Assembly (NCBI GenBank): GCA_965217865.1
Contig: CBDCJO010000002.1
Location: forward strand, 5,504,001-5,568,000
Source: Candidatus Latescibacterota bacterium
GTDB lineage: Bacteria > Latescibacterota > UBA2968 > SICM01
Direction of reading: 5' to 3'
DNA length: 64,000 nt
This document shows, one piece after another, positions 10,831 through 20,095 of the stretch (within the stretch, counting starts at the first letter, position 1; each line of letters opens with the position of its first letter). Position numbers and translations under genes: made by a program. Below the pieces are notes generated by a model. The model saw nothing but the letters and a program-made list of their open reading frames with translations. It did no database searches and was not told the origin of the DNA.

Positions 10831-11020
10831 GGGGTCGCGAAGTGCAGCTCGAGTCCACGAGCAGAACTCGCGATCGGTCACAAACCCTACCACGTACCGT
10901 AGCTCCTACGAATCCAACGCAAAGCCCCTGGCAAACCTGCTACAGAACCCTCCGAGAGGCCCCAACCCGGGCCACCCGTCCTCCGTAGCAGAGCTACTGC
11001 GGAGGGAGGATACCCGGACG

Positions 11021-11068
11021 CCGCTACCCTCGCATAGGTAGGAAAGACCCCGTTTATTCTTCCTATCC
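11021..11068 (+). mobile_element. IS91/ISCR-like oriIS end, copy 1
   Basis: ...CCGTTTATTCTTCCTATCC followed by GTTC; resembles ISCR oriIS (GTTTATACTTCCTATACCC) plus the IS91-family GTTC target. Confidence 0.7.
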
Positions 11069-11219
11069 GTTCTCCGCGCAATTCGTATCGGCAAGGCGAA
11101 AGCGGTGAGATGATCAGCTTTGCGAATCAGTACCTCAGGATGTGGTAATACGGCCACCCTGACCGCCTGGCCATCTCGGGCCGGACCAGATGAGCGTAGG
11201 GGAGCGTCCTAAGCCCGGC

Positions 11220-12377
11220 TCACTGCCAGAGCTTCTCCGTCGCCAGTTGTGCGCCCTCTGCCATGGCCTGGAACTTGGCCCACACGATGCTCGGATGCAC
11301 CTCGGTGTTGTACGTGGCCTGCGTGGAGAAGCCGCAATCGGAACTGGCGATCACGTTCTCCCTGCCCACCCGTTCGGCGTACCGAGTGATGCGCTCACAG
11401 ATGAGCTCGGGGTGTTCGACGATGTTGCTCACGTGCGCGACGACCCCAGGGATCAGCAGCTTGCCCTCCGGCAGCTTCACGTCTTCCCAGATGTGGTACT
11501 CGTGCTCGTGGCGCGGGTTGGCGGCCTCGAACGAATAGGCGCCGGCATTCACTTTCAGCATGACCTCCAAGATGTCCTTCAGCGGCGTGTCGTGGATACG
11601 CGGCCCTTCATTGATCCCGTAGCACGTGTGCAAGCGCACCTTCTCGGGGGGTATGTCTCGGAGGCCGGCGTTGAGCGCCTCGACAAACGTCTCGACCTTC
11701 TTCCGTCGCTCGGCCGCGCTCAGTGTGCCGTCACCGTGCACGACCGTGAGCCAGGGGTCGTCGATCTGAACGATGAAGCCCGCGTCGATGATCGCCTTGT
11801 ACTCGGTATGCATGGCCTCGGCGACTGCATGGAGGTACTCCTCTTCTGTCGGGTAGTACTCGTTGCCGCCCGCGCCGCTCGGCGCCACGGCGGGCATGAA
11901 CACATCCTCCGTGTCCACCCCCTGAACGGCGGCCTTCAGGTTTTCAATATCGCGGCGCACGGCGTCGTGACCTCGATAGCTGACGGGACCCGTGCACATC
12001 ATCGGGTCTATCTGAGCGACAGCCCCCCCGTGCATGCGCTGGCCGAAATACTGTTCGTAATATTCCGGGAAGGCCGCAACTTCATCTGCGAATTGAGCTG
12101 GGTCCACAGCGCCCGGCCTCGCTTCGAAACCGGCCAATCGCTCACTCACGTACGTCGAGAACCCGAGCTTGCCCTGCTCGCCGTCGGTGGGTATGTCGAT
12201 GCCGCATTCGACCTGCTTGCGGACGATCTCAGCGACAGCGGTCTCGACCCTCCCGGTGTAGCCATCGTCGTCGAAGGACCCAGCGTCCACCTTTGCCTTC
12301 ATCAGATCGAGCAGATTCCTGGGGCGCGGCAGGCTGCCGACGTGGGTGGTCAGAATGCGATCAGTACTACGCTTCAT
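11220..12377 (-). CDS. Cobalamin-independent methionine synthase II (MetE-like) family protein
   Basis: TTHVGSLPRP, TDGEQ, VQIDDP, LHTCYG, FEAANPRHEHE, SDCGF motifs. Confidence 0.9.
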   Translation of the reverse strand: MKRSTDRILTTHVGSLPRPRNLLDLMKAKVDAGSFDDDGYTGRVETAVAEIVRKQVECGIDIPTDGEQGKLGFSTYVSERLAGFEARPGAVDPAQFADEVAAFPEYYEQYFGQRMHGGAVAQIDPMMCTGPVSYRGHDAVRRDIENLKAAVQGVDTEDVFMPAVAPSGAGGNEYYPTEEEYLHAVAEAMHTEYKAIIDAGFIVQIDDPWLTVVHGDGTLSAAERRKKVETFVEALNAGLRDIPPEKVRLHTCYGINEGPRIHDTPLKDILEVMLKVNAGAYSFEAANPRHEHEYHIWEDVKLPEGKLLIPGVVAHVSNIVEHPELICERITRYAERVGRENVIASSDCGFSTQATYNTEVHPSIVWAKFQAMAEGAQLATEKLWQ

Positions 12378-12404
12378 GTTTCAGTCTCCTGCTGGCCCCC
12401 TTTT

Positions 12405-12517
12405 GTCCCGCCGCCTCGTCTCAACCTTTTCCGTTACCACGGCGTCCTCGCGCCGAATGCCGCCGCCCGCCCGCTACCCTCGCGCAGGTAGGAAGGACCC
12501 GTTTATTCTTCCTATCC
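12405..12517 (+). mobile_element. IS91-family (Y2) transposase C-terminal remnant fused to oriIS copy 2
   Basis: Encodes VPPPRLNLFRYHGVLAPNA, then a ~47-bp repeat of 11021-11068, followed by GTAC. Confidence 0.75.
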
Positions 12518-12603
12518 GTACAAAGGCGAAAACTATGTCGACAATCACCGCTTCGTTGGCGCTGTGCGCGCTTCCGTCAGGTGGCTCCGCTGTGGTCCAA
12601 ACG

Positions 12604-13667
12604 TTACTTCTCCACCTTGATACTGACACCCACGATGCTATTGAAGCGCGATTCCAGCCATCCGAAGGCCTGATCGTCATAGACGTAGAGCAACTCTCGT
12701 TGGGGCGAATCTCCAGCAGGCCTGTGTAGCCCGTGCTCGGTCCGTGGAAGATCCGCGTCGGGTCCGACCAATTCCGCCCACCGTCTTCGCTGAAAAAGAC
12801 CTGGTCGCCGATGCCTGGCCGCCGCGGCGCCAGGCGGCCGGAACTGCAGGCCACGACACCGTTGGCTAGGAGGCACAGCTTGGGTTTGACGCCGCAGGCC
12901 TCCATACGCTGGAGCTCCCAGGACTCCCCGTCGTCCATCGACTTCGCCTGGTACATTGGCTGGCCTCCACCGGTGCGGATCACCGACAGCAGGACGCCGT
13001 CGGGCAGGCGGATCAGATCCGCCTCGGAGAAGTGCGTCTTCCACTTCTGGGGGTCCCCGATAGTGGTAACGTAGTCCCAGCAGCCCGACGCCTCGGTGTA
13101 GCGAAGCAGGCACAGCCGCCAGCACTCGTCGCCTACGAACTTGGTCGTCACCTGCAGCAGCAAGCTGCTCCCGTCGGCAGACTCGATCAGACCGCCATGG
13201 GGAAACACATAGCGCCTGGTTCTGATGGGCCCTTCCTCCGATAGTCTCAGGACACCCTCGGGCAGGCGAACGGGCACGATCTGAGGCTCGTCCCAGTTGA
13301 TGCCGTCTTGCGATAGCATCTGGAGGACATAAAGTTCACCGGAATCCTTCATGTACGCGCCAGTCATCCCCATCAGAGTGCCGTCGCTGAGCTGATAGCG
13401 AGGCGACTCCCCGCTGAATCCGCCAAGGTTGGTGCCCAACAGGATCCAGTTAGTCCCGTCATCGATGCTCTTGAGCAGGCAGTGCGGCTCGCCTTCAGCC
13501 AGATCCGCAGGATTCCCGGCAGTGTCTGGGCAAAGGGAGAAGCCCAGCACGACGCCCCCCTCGTTCAGCCGAAAGAGCATGGTCGAGTACCAGTGGTGGC
13601 GACGGGGATGACACTGGCTGATTACGACCTTCTCGCCTATGGTGACGTTCAAATTCGACGTTGCCAT
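12604..13667 (-). CDS. BNR/Asp-box sialidase-family protein (frameshift near 12690)
   Basis: Asp-boxes SIDDGTNW, SQDGINW, SMDDGESW, SEDGGRNW; STGYTGL motif; the C-terminus ELLYVYD...IKVEK lies in another frame. Confidence 0.8.
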
Positions 13668-13793
13668 GGTTGTCTCCTTTCGGTTATTCGCTGACCAACC
13701 ATTAACGCCGGGTAACTCTTTATGAGTTCATCCCTGGCCCCCATGGCCTCCACCGATTTCCTGCGTCACCTTTGCGACACCGAGCAGTCTATG

Positions 13794-13824
13794 CAAATGG
13801 GCCCCCGGCTGGGAGCCCTTGCAT
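13794..13824 (-). terminator. Hairpin downstream of tRNA-Arg
   Basis: GCAAATGGGCCCCC-ggct-GGGAGCCCTTGC. Confidence 0.5.
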
Positions 13825-13848
13825 TTTGTTGTTAAACAATGTATTATA

Positions 13849-13925
13849 TGGCGGCCCTGGCGCGACTCGAACACGCGACCAACGGTTTAGGAAACCGCTG
13901 CTCTATCCATCTGAGCTACAGGGCC
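13849..13925 (-). tRNA. tRNA-Arg(CCT)
   Basis: GGCCCTG TA GCTC...GAGC A GCGGT TT CCT AA ACCGT ... TTCGAGT ... CAGGGCC G CCA cloverleaf; TTGCCT-N17-TACATT promoter upstream. Confidence 0.97.
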
Positions 13926-13983
13926 GCAGGAAATTCGTTGGAGGAATGTAACGATCCTCCCAACTCCAGGCAAGCGGGATTTC

Positions 13984-15801
13984 ATGAAAGCCTCCACTGA
14001 GATCGGCATGAATTGGGACCTGACCAGCTACTTCCCGGAATTTAACGGACCTGAGATGATCAAGTTCAAGACATCCCTTCAGAGCGACATGGCCTCCCTT
14101 AAGGAGAAATCGAGCGGTCTTCGACCTCTGGACGACCGGAACCAGGACGAATGGGAGGCCGTCTTCCTGATGTCTGAGGACATTCTAAAGCGGGTGAGCC
14201 ACTTGAGTTCCTATGTCGGCTGCCTGTCCGCTGCGGACGCGCGCAACGAGGCCTATCTCCGAGCCGAGTCCGAAATGGCCTCGATGGAAGCCGAACTTTC
14301 AAAACTCACGATACAGTTGATTCGGGCGATAAAAGAAGTCCCTGATGAGGTGTTTTCCAGATTTATCGGACGGGTGGCTTTTGAGGGAGCTCGTTACACC
14401 CTGGGCCGTCTGCGGGAAGAGTCCATCCGCACCATGGCCCCAGAAATGGAAGAACTCGCGGCCGAACTGGGCGTAGATGGAATCAACGCATGGGGCCGGA
14501 TCTACGACAACATATCCGGTAAACTGGAATTCGAAATGAAATTTCCGGACGGAACCAGTAAGCGCCTTCCAATATCCCAGCGCCGCTCACTCATGGAGAA
14601 CCCGGATCGACGGGTCAGGCGTGCGGCTTTCGTGGGAGGAAACGCTGCCTGGGAAACCGTTGAAGATGTTGCGGCCGCAGCGCTCAACGCCATTTCAGGA
14701 ACCCGGCTAACCCTCCAGCGCCGCCGGGGTGTGGAACACTTCATGGAAACCGCACTTTTCCAGGCCGCGATCAAACCCCGTACCCTGGGAGCCATGTTCG
14801 AGGCGATATTTGCGGAGCCTGAACTCCCCCGGCGCATCCTCCGGCTCAAAGCCGGGATGATGGATTCCAAAGCCGTTTCATGGTACGATCTGGGTGCACC
14901 CCTCCCCCTCCCGGATCAGGAGCCGGTCTCGTGGGAAAAAGGCAAGACCCTCGTACTGACCGCTTTCCAAAAGGCCCATCCTTCGCTGGGGGAATTCATC
15001 CAGATGATGTTCGACCGGAATTGGATCGAGTGGGAACCTCGGGCGGGTAAACGACCCGGAGGGTTCTGTACGAGTTCCCTCCTGATCGGAGAGTCGCGTA
15101 TTTTTATGACGTTCAACGGGACCCTGGGCGACGTAATGACCCTCGCCCACGAGGCAGGCCACGCGTTCCACAGTTACGTGATGCGAACCCTCCGCCCCTT
15201 TGAGAGTCAATGTCCCATGACCCTGGCGGAATCCGCTTCGACAATCGGCGAAATGATCCTTATCGAGGGAATCACCGGCGAGCCTTCGATCAACGATGAG
15301 CAAAAGGCCATGATCCTGGACGTGTCGGTGGGACATGGCGCCATCTATCTGATGGACATTCCGGTGCGATATCAATTCGAAAAAGTCTTGTACGGTGAAC
15401 GATCGAAAGGCGAAATCAGCGTCAGCAGGCTAAAAGAAATGATGGTCGAGACACAGCGCAGAATTTTCGGGGATCTCCTCGAGAATGGAGGCGAAGATCC
15501 CTATTTTTGGGCTTCCAAGCTGCACTTCTATATCACAGGGCTTATGTTTTACAACTTTCCTTACACATTCGGCTACCTGCTTAGCCGAGGCCTTTTCGCC
15601 GAGTTCAAGAAAAAGGGGCCGGAATTCTTGCCTGAGTTTGAGGCCTTCCTTCGTCTCTCCGGGAGCGAATCACCCGAGGATGTAGCCAGGGAGACGATCG
15701 GTTGCAACCTGGAATCCCCTGAATTCTGGACTGACGCCATAAAAACCCTGGAAAGGCCCCTTGAGCGCCTCGAGGAACTTTTACCAAAAGTCCTGCCATA
15801 G
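13984..15801 (+). CDS. pepF: M3 family oligoendopeptidase F
   Basis: GKRPGGFC, TLAHEAGHAFH (HExxH), LAESAS, FYNFPYTFG. Confidence 0.9.
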   Translation: MKASTEIGMNWDLTSYFPEFNGPEMIKFKTSLQSDMASLKEKSSGLRPLDDRNQDEWEAVFLMSEDILKRVSHLSSYVGCLSAADARNEAYLRAESEMASMEAELSKLTIQLIRAIKEVPDEVFSRFIGRVAFEGARYTLGRLREESIRTMAPEMEELAAELGVDGINAWGRIYDNISGKLEFEMKFPDGTSKRLPISQRRSLMENPDRRVRRAAFVGGNAAWETVEDVAAAALNAISGTRLTLQRRRGVEHFMETALFQAAIKPRTLGAMFEAIFAEPELPRRILRLKAGMMDSKAVSWYDLGAPLPLPDQEPVSWEKGKTLVLTAFQKAHPSLGEFIQMMFDRNWIEWEPRAGKRPGGFCTSSLLIGESRIFMTFNGTLGDVMTLAHEAGHAFHSYVMRTLRPFESQCPMTLAESASTIGEMILIEGITGEPSINDEQKAMILDVSVGHGAIYLMDIPVRYQFEKVLYGERSKGEISVSRLKEMMVETQRRIFGDLLENGGEDPYFWASKLHFYITGLMFYNFPYTFGYLLSRGLFAEFKKKGPEFLPEFEAFLRLSGSESPEDVARETIGCNLESPEFWTDAIKTLERPLERLEELLPKVLP

Positions 15802-15858
15802 CCTTTCCATCCAAGATCAAATAACTCCTGCTCATATGAGCTCTAATGCCTTTATTTC

Positions 15859-15885
15859 TAAAGCTATTAGCTTTTCTGTCGATAT
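15859..15885 (+). promoter_or_regulatory. Sigma-28 (FliA)-type promoter
   Basis: TAAA-N15-GTCGATAT vs consensus TAAA-N15-GCCGATAA. Confidence 0.6.
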
Positions 15886-15921
15886 TAATAATGAACACCT
15901 TTATCAAAGGCGGTGATCCAC

Positions 15922-16077
15922 GTGTTAGATCCGATTAAGACAATCGTGAACCCCACAAATGAGCGATCTCCAGATCGTAAGCTTCCCAAGCAACAAAAGA
16001 AAAGAAAGACCGCCCGGCAAAACCACCCGCATCTCCAGCTGGAAGCCACAGGGGAGCAGATCGATTTTACAGCATGA
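15922..16077 (+). CDS. Small 51-aa protein ending GEQIDFTA (possibly motility-associated)
   Basis: RBS AAGGCGGTGA, GTG start, C-terminal GxxIDxxA motif, sigma-28-like promoter; not in the ORF track. Confidence 0.55.
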   Translation: MLDPIKTIVNPTNERSPDRKLPKQQKKRKTARQNHPHLQLEATGEQIDFTA

Positions 16078-16275
16078 CATGCCGCTGGATCACCAACCCC
16101 TCGTTCCACCGCTTTCCTGACACCGTTTTTCCCCCGGATCTCTTCGTTTCTTCTTAATAATTTCCCCACTAATCCACATCAACCCATCCCTCCAAAGAGC
16201 CAATTCGACGTTGGAAGTCCTATCCGCATTCGGTATATTGCAAAGCAAAATTTAGATACCAGAGGAGCGAAGTTT

Positions 16276-17088
16276 ATGGCCCGGACTTTAATCTTTCAGT
16301 TTTTTTCCCAGTTGGCCGTTGGTGGGGTCTGGACACTCCTTCTCGTACCGCTTCGAGAGGCCGGACATGGATTCTTCCGTTTCTGTGGAATCCTGATCGC
16401 TTCTTTCCTGACCATCTCCCTGTGGGCCGGTCCTTACACGGTGCACGGTATGTTGTCACACCGGCTTCAATTCCTGACGGTCGTGCTTTTTGTCCTCTCT
16501 GTACCGGCTATACTCATCCACGTGTGGACATGCGTGTCTGATCGCCCTCCGTGGGACAGGCGGTTTCTTTTTGCAACCGCGCTTTTGGGGTCGGCCGCCC
16601 TTGTGACGGACGGTCTCCTTCACACAACGCTATATAGCCATCCGTGGTGGGCGACAATCCTTTTCCCAACCTCCTTTCTTGCTTCTGCCTGTTTTCTTGG
16701 CTCCGTCTGTTTTACAATGATATTAGGACACTGGTATCTCATTTCTCCCGCCCTGTCGATCCAACCGCTCAGGCGGGCAACGAGGCTGATTCTAATCTCC
16801 CTTGGGGTTAAGGCGATACTGCTTGTAATTGGGTTATATCTATATGGTTTCGTTTCCGATCAAGGTCGTGGCACCGATATCCTCCTGGGAAGCGGGGCGT
16901 TTTTCGTCTGGGCGCGTGTCCTTTTCGGATTGGTCGGCCCAGCAATAATCGGCGCAATGATCTGGTCAACTGTAAAAATTCATTCCACTCAATCTGCGAC
17001 CGGACTTCTTTACGTGGCCACCGTCCTTGTCCTGATGGGAGAGCTTCTCGCCAGGTATATCTTCTTCTCGACTTCGGTGCCGATTTGA
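16276..17088 (+). CDS. Conserved multi-pass membrane protein (DmsC-anchor-like)
   Basis: About 8 TM segments, MILGHWYL and STQSATGLLYV motifs. Confidence 0.6.
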   Translation: MARTLIFQFFSQLAVGGVWTLLLVPLREAGHGFFRFCGILIASFLTISLWAGPYTVHGMLSHRLQFLTVVLFVLSVPAILIHVWTCVSDRPPWDRRFLFATALLGSAALVTDGLLHTTLYSHPWWATILFPTSFLASACFLGSVCFTMILGHWYLISPALSIQPLRRATRLILISLGVKAILLVIGLYLYGFVSDQGRGTDILLGSGAFFVWARVLFGLVGPAIIGAMIWSTVKIHSTQSATGLLYVATVLVLMGELLARYIFFSTSVPI

Positions 17089-17202
17089 TGAAAGTCCTTT
17101 GTCGGTCGTGCGGGATCCCGAGTCCCAGGCCAAAAACGGATCTCATGGATTAAGGGGTTCCTGAAACCTGTATTCCCATGGGGGTGATGTGGGTAGGCGT
17201 AA

Positions 17203-17661
17203 ATGCTAATCCGATTCCGATGTCCTGAATGTTCAACCGCCCTTGAGATCGAACCGACTCAAGGTGGCGTTGTGGAGAAACCCTGCCCGTCCTGCGCAAA
17301 AAATAATCGCCTCGACTTCACCGAAGCGATCCATGGTCGGCAGGTCATCGACCGTTGTCCCCTTTGCGGATGCCTTCATCTTTATGTACAGAAAGATTTC
17401 AATCAGAAAATCGGTCTCGGAATCGTTATTCTAGCCGGAACTATCGGTTTGATCTTCGTTGCCATGGACCGGCCTATAGGCTTTTACTTATCCCTCCTTA
17501 CGGCTGTGGTCGTCGATGCCCTGCTCTACTGGCTCCTCCCGAAGATCACCATCTGTTACAGATGTAAAACTGAATTCCGGGACTTCAACGCGAACCCCGA
17601 ACACGGACCTTTCGACCTCAAAGTCGCAGATGTATACGACAGAAAAGAAAAAGGTAGGTAG
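17203..17661 (+). CDS. Zn-ribbon membrane protein
   Basis: Four CxxC pairs around two TM helices, YVQKDFNQ motif. Confidence 0.65.
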   Translation: MLIRFRCPECSTALEIEPTQGGVVEKPCPSCAKNNRLDFTEAIHGRQVIDRCPLCGCLHLYVQKDFNQKIGLGIVILAGTIGLIFVAMDRPIGFYLSLLTAVVVDALLYWLLPKITICYRCKTEFRDFNANPEHGPFDLKVADVYDRKEKGR

Positions 17662-17711
17662 CGGAATCATCCCGCTCCCTACCTTCATTCGCAGCTAATG
17701 TTGATTCAGTC

Positions 17712-18095
17712 CTATTCGATCCCCAGCTCGTCGTTGGCTTCCGAAGCTGAGTAATATCGGATGCCTTTTAGAAGCAGGCGTTCCCTTGCCCGATTCGCCC
17801 TTTTTCCTCCACCCCTCACCTGGGATAAGAGCCGGCGGGTTTCTTCCAGATCCCTGTTCACATACCCTGTTTTGACGAAACGGCCTCCCTTTTTAGGACT
17901 CTCGATCCGGAAATAATTGAAAAGTGCGTAGAGTGTTTCGGTAGATGTATTCAGGGTTTTTGTCAGATCCGCGAGACGCATCTTTGTCCGGCGATCCAAC
18001 AGCCACTGTTCCGGCGGGCGCTTTTCAGGGTTTAAGGATTTGTCTTCTTTAATCTTACGTATAATTTCGCGTTGCCGTTGCGTCAGGGTTTTCAG
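17712..18095 (-). CDS. Hypothetical basic protein
   Basis: Reading frame is open from a CTG after a G-rich RBS (or from an upstream ATG via a G-run frameshift) into ORF 17712-17999. Confidence 0.45.
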   Translation of the reverse strand: MKTLTQRQREIIRKIKEDKSLNPEKRPPEQWLLDRRTKMRLADLTKTLNTSTETLYALFNYFRIESPKKGGRFVKTGYVNRDLEETRRLLSQVRGGGKRANRARERLLLKGIRYYSASEANDELGIE

Positions 18096-18211
18096 GTTTC
18101 TCCCCCCTTTCTGGGTTCGAAATAACGCTTCGTTCTCCCCTCACCTCCCATATTGAGACTTATGAATTCCTTCTCGGTTTCTAGCAAAACAATACCAGCC
18201 CGTTGACTCTT

Positions 18212-18790
18212 CTAAAATCTTTCCCTCCTCAGGCTGATGAGGTTCATAAACTCCTCGCGAACACCCTTATCCTCGAAGCAACCGCGAATCCCAGAAGTAA
18301 CAGTAAGAGCTCCGGGTTTCTCCACCCCGCGCATCTCCATACAGAGGTGCTGAGCTTCGACGACCACCATGACCCCTTTCGGACTGATCTTGGATACGAT
18401 GAACTCGATGACCTGATCCGTAAACTGCTCTTGAATTTGAGGCCTCTTTGCAAAAAACTCGACGATCCGAGCAAGCTTGGAAAGGCCGATGATCTGTTCG
18501 TCAGGAATATAGCCCAGGTGCACCCGACCAAAAAAAGGGATCAAATGATGAGAGCAAACCGAGAAGAATGGAATGTCCTTCACGGTAATCATATTGCTGT
18601 ATCGCTGATCATTCGGAAAAGTTTTTATCTCGGGTTCACTATCTTTTTCGAGTCCTCCGAAGATTTCGAGGTACATCCTGGCCACACGTTCCGGCGTTTC
18701 GGTGAAGTTCGGATCCCGCAAATCCAGGCCGAGCACCTTCATGACCTCGGTGATGTGGAATTTGATCCGATCAACCTTGTCTTCAGACAT
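18212..18790 (-). CDS. folE: GTP cyclohydrolase I (type IA)
   Basis: ETPERVARMY, SVCSHHLIPFFG, GLSKLARIV, PQIQE, HLCMEMRG. Confidence 0.95.
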   Translation of the reverse strand: MSEDKVDRIKFHITEVMKVLGLDLRDPNFTETPERVARMYLEIFGGLEKDSEPEIKTFPNDQRYSNMITVKDIPFFSVCSHHLIPFFGRVHLGYIPDEQIIGLSKLARIVEFFAKRPQIQEQFTDQVIEFIVSKISPKGVMVVVEAQHLCMEMRGVEKPGALTVTSGIRGCFEDKGVREEFMNLISLRRERF

Positions 18791-18822
18791 GTGTTATTTT
18801 CTGGCTTTCATTAGAGATGGCA

Positions 18823-18843
18823 AAAACGTAATGATTCCGTATA
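18823..18843. promoter_or_regulatory. Zur/Fur-family operator-like inverted repeat upstream of folE
   Basis: AAAACGTAATGATTCCGTATA vs Bacillus Zur box AAATCGTAATNATTACGATTT. Confidence 0.55.
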
Positions 18844-18974
18844 TAAAAAATCCATCAATTGCCGGTATCAGCTAAGGGGCACACTCCACAACTGCCACCG
18901 ATCGCTGATAGTTGGCCTGATGGAATTCCGAATGGCTTGCGTCCTGTACAAAGCGAATAATGAATTCTCGAGTA

Positions 18975-19994
18975 TTAATTTTTCGCAGCCTCTCGACAGT
19001 TCTCACAAAGCCCAAAGACCTGGAGGCTGCGATCGCTCGAAATGAAACTGGAACGCCACGAGATCGCCTCAAGGTGAGCGTCAACCGTTTCATCGAAAAA
19101 CTCTTCGACCTTTCCACACGTTTCGCAGATGAGATGACCATGCCGTTTTCCGACTCCCCGGGGTAGTTCTTGGCGGGCGTATGGACTCTCATAAAGGATT
19201 CTGTCTTCGCCCATCCACATACGGCGTACCAGACCGCATTTAACCAGCAGGCTCAAAGTTCGATAAGCCGTCGCCCGAGAAACCGTAAGACCCTTTTCTC
19301 GCATCCTCGAACAGAGGGACTCGACGTCAAAATGGCCGACCATGGATGACACCTCGGAAAGGATCTTCTGTCTTTCTGCTGTCATCCGCAAGCCAAGAGA
19401 TTCGAGGTGTTTTGCGAATCGACTCTCCGATCCCTCCTCTTCGACGCGGTCCAAAGGATTCTCGCCATATGCGAACGGGTCAAAATTGAACTGGCTGAGC
19501 CGATCGGACCGTATGACTTCCTGCATCTCCTTGAGTATCGTCAAGTGGCGATCTTCATCCGCGGCGAGGTGATCGAACAACTGGCGGACATGAGGTGTTT
19601 TAGAACGTTCCTTTAGATTTTCAAACAGGGATTGGCTATCCTGCTCTTCATCGATTGCCATCGTCACGGCCCCGAGGGCGTCGTCCGGTGGGGTGAAGCT
19701 CTCCAAATCGGATCCAACTGCATCAGAGGTCGGAAAAGGATCCTCGCTTGAACGACGAATCTCCGCCTCGAGCACATCAAGATGCTTCTGTTCCTGCTCG
19801 GCAAGGTAAAGAAAGGCGTCTCTGCCGATGGAACTGGGCGTTAACTCAGCTGCCAATTTATATAACCGAACTGCATCGCCTTCCACGCTCAGAGCGTGGT
19901 GGAGCGCCTCAAGATCTTCACTGTCCAGGGGCTCGGTCCTCCGCTGGTTGGCCTCCTCTTTCATGGGCCCTCTCGTCACGTCTTTTGGCTTCAA
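18975..19994 (-). CDS. Rubrerythrin/ferritin-like domain fused to a Fur-family regulator
   Basis: Two ExxH half-domains (LAEQEQKH, LAADEDRH), then GLRMTAER..HFDVE..VSRATAYRTL..HGHLICETCG..GLCENC. Confidence 0.85.
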   Translation of the reverse strand: MKPKDVTRGPMKEEANQRRTEPLDSEDLEALHHALSVEGDAVRLYKLAAELTPSSIGRDAFLYLAEQEQKHLDVLEAEIRRSSEDPFPTSDAVGSDLESFTPPDDALGAVTMAIDEEQDSQSLFENLKERSKTPHVRQLFDHLAADEDRHLTILKEMQEVIRSDRLSQFNFDPFAYGENPLDRVEEEGSESRFAKHLESLGLRMTAERQKILSEVSSMVGHFDVESLCSRMREKGLTVSRATAYRTLSLLVKCGLVRRMWMGEDRILYESPYARQELPRGVGKRHGHLICETCGKVEEFFDETVDAHLEAISWRSSFISSDRSLQVFGLCENCREAAKN

Positions 19995-20095
19995 TACCTA
20001 AATATCGGGTTTTATAAGAATATACAGAAAAAAACCGGACTCGGCAACCGATTTTCCAAAATCCTACTTAGATTTGAGTCATCTAAAATAATATT

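Noticed and set aside
10979-11010. Palindrome CCTCCGTAGC..GCTAC.GCGGAGG as a separate element
   Set aside because: Single REP-like hairpin inside the IS91-like end region, with no other copy seen in the window
11190-12491. 433-aa plus-strand ORF as a real gene
   Set aside because: Antisense shadow of the MetE-like gene; only its last ~25 codons match a transposase remnant
5473-13830. Integron attC cassette array
   Set aside because: The hairpins lack clear RYYYAAC/GTTRRRY boxes and extrahelical bases, and no integrase is visible
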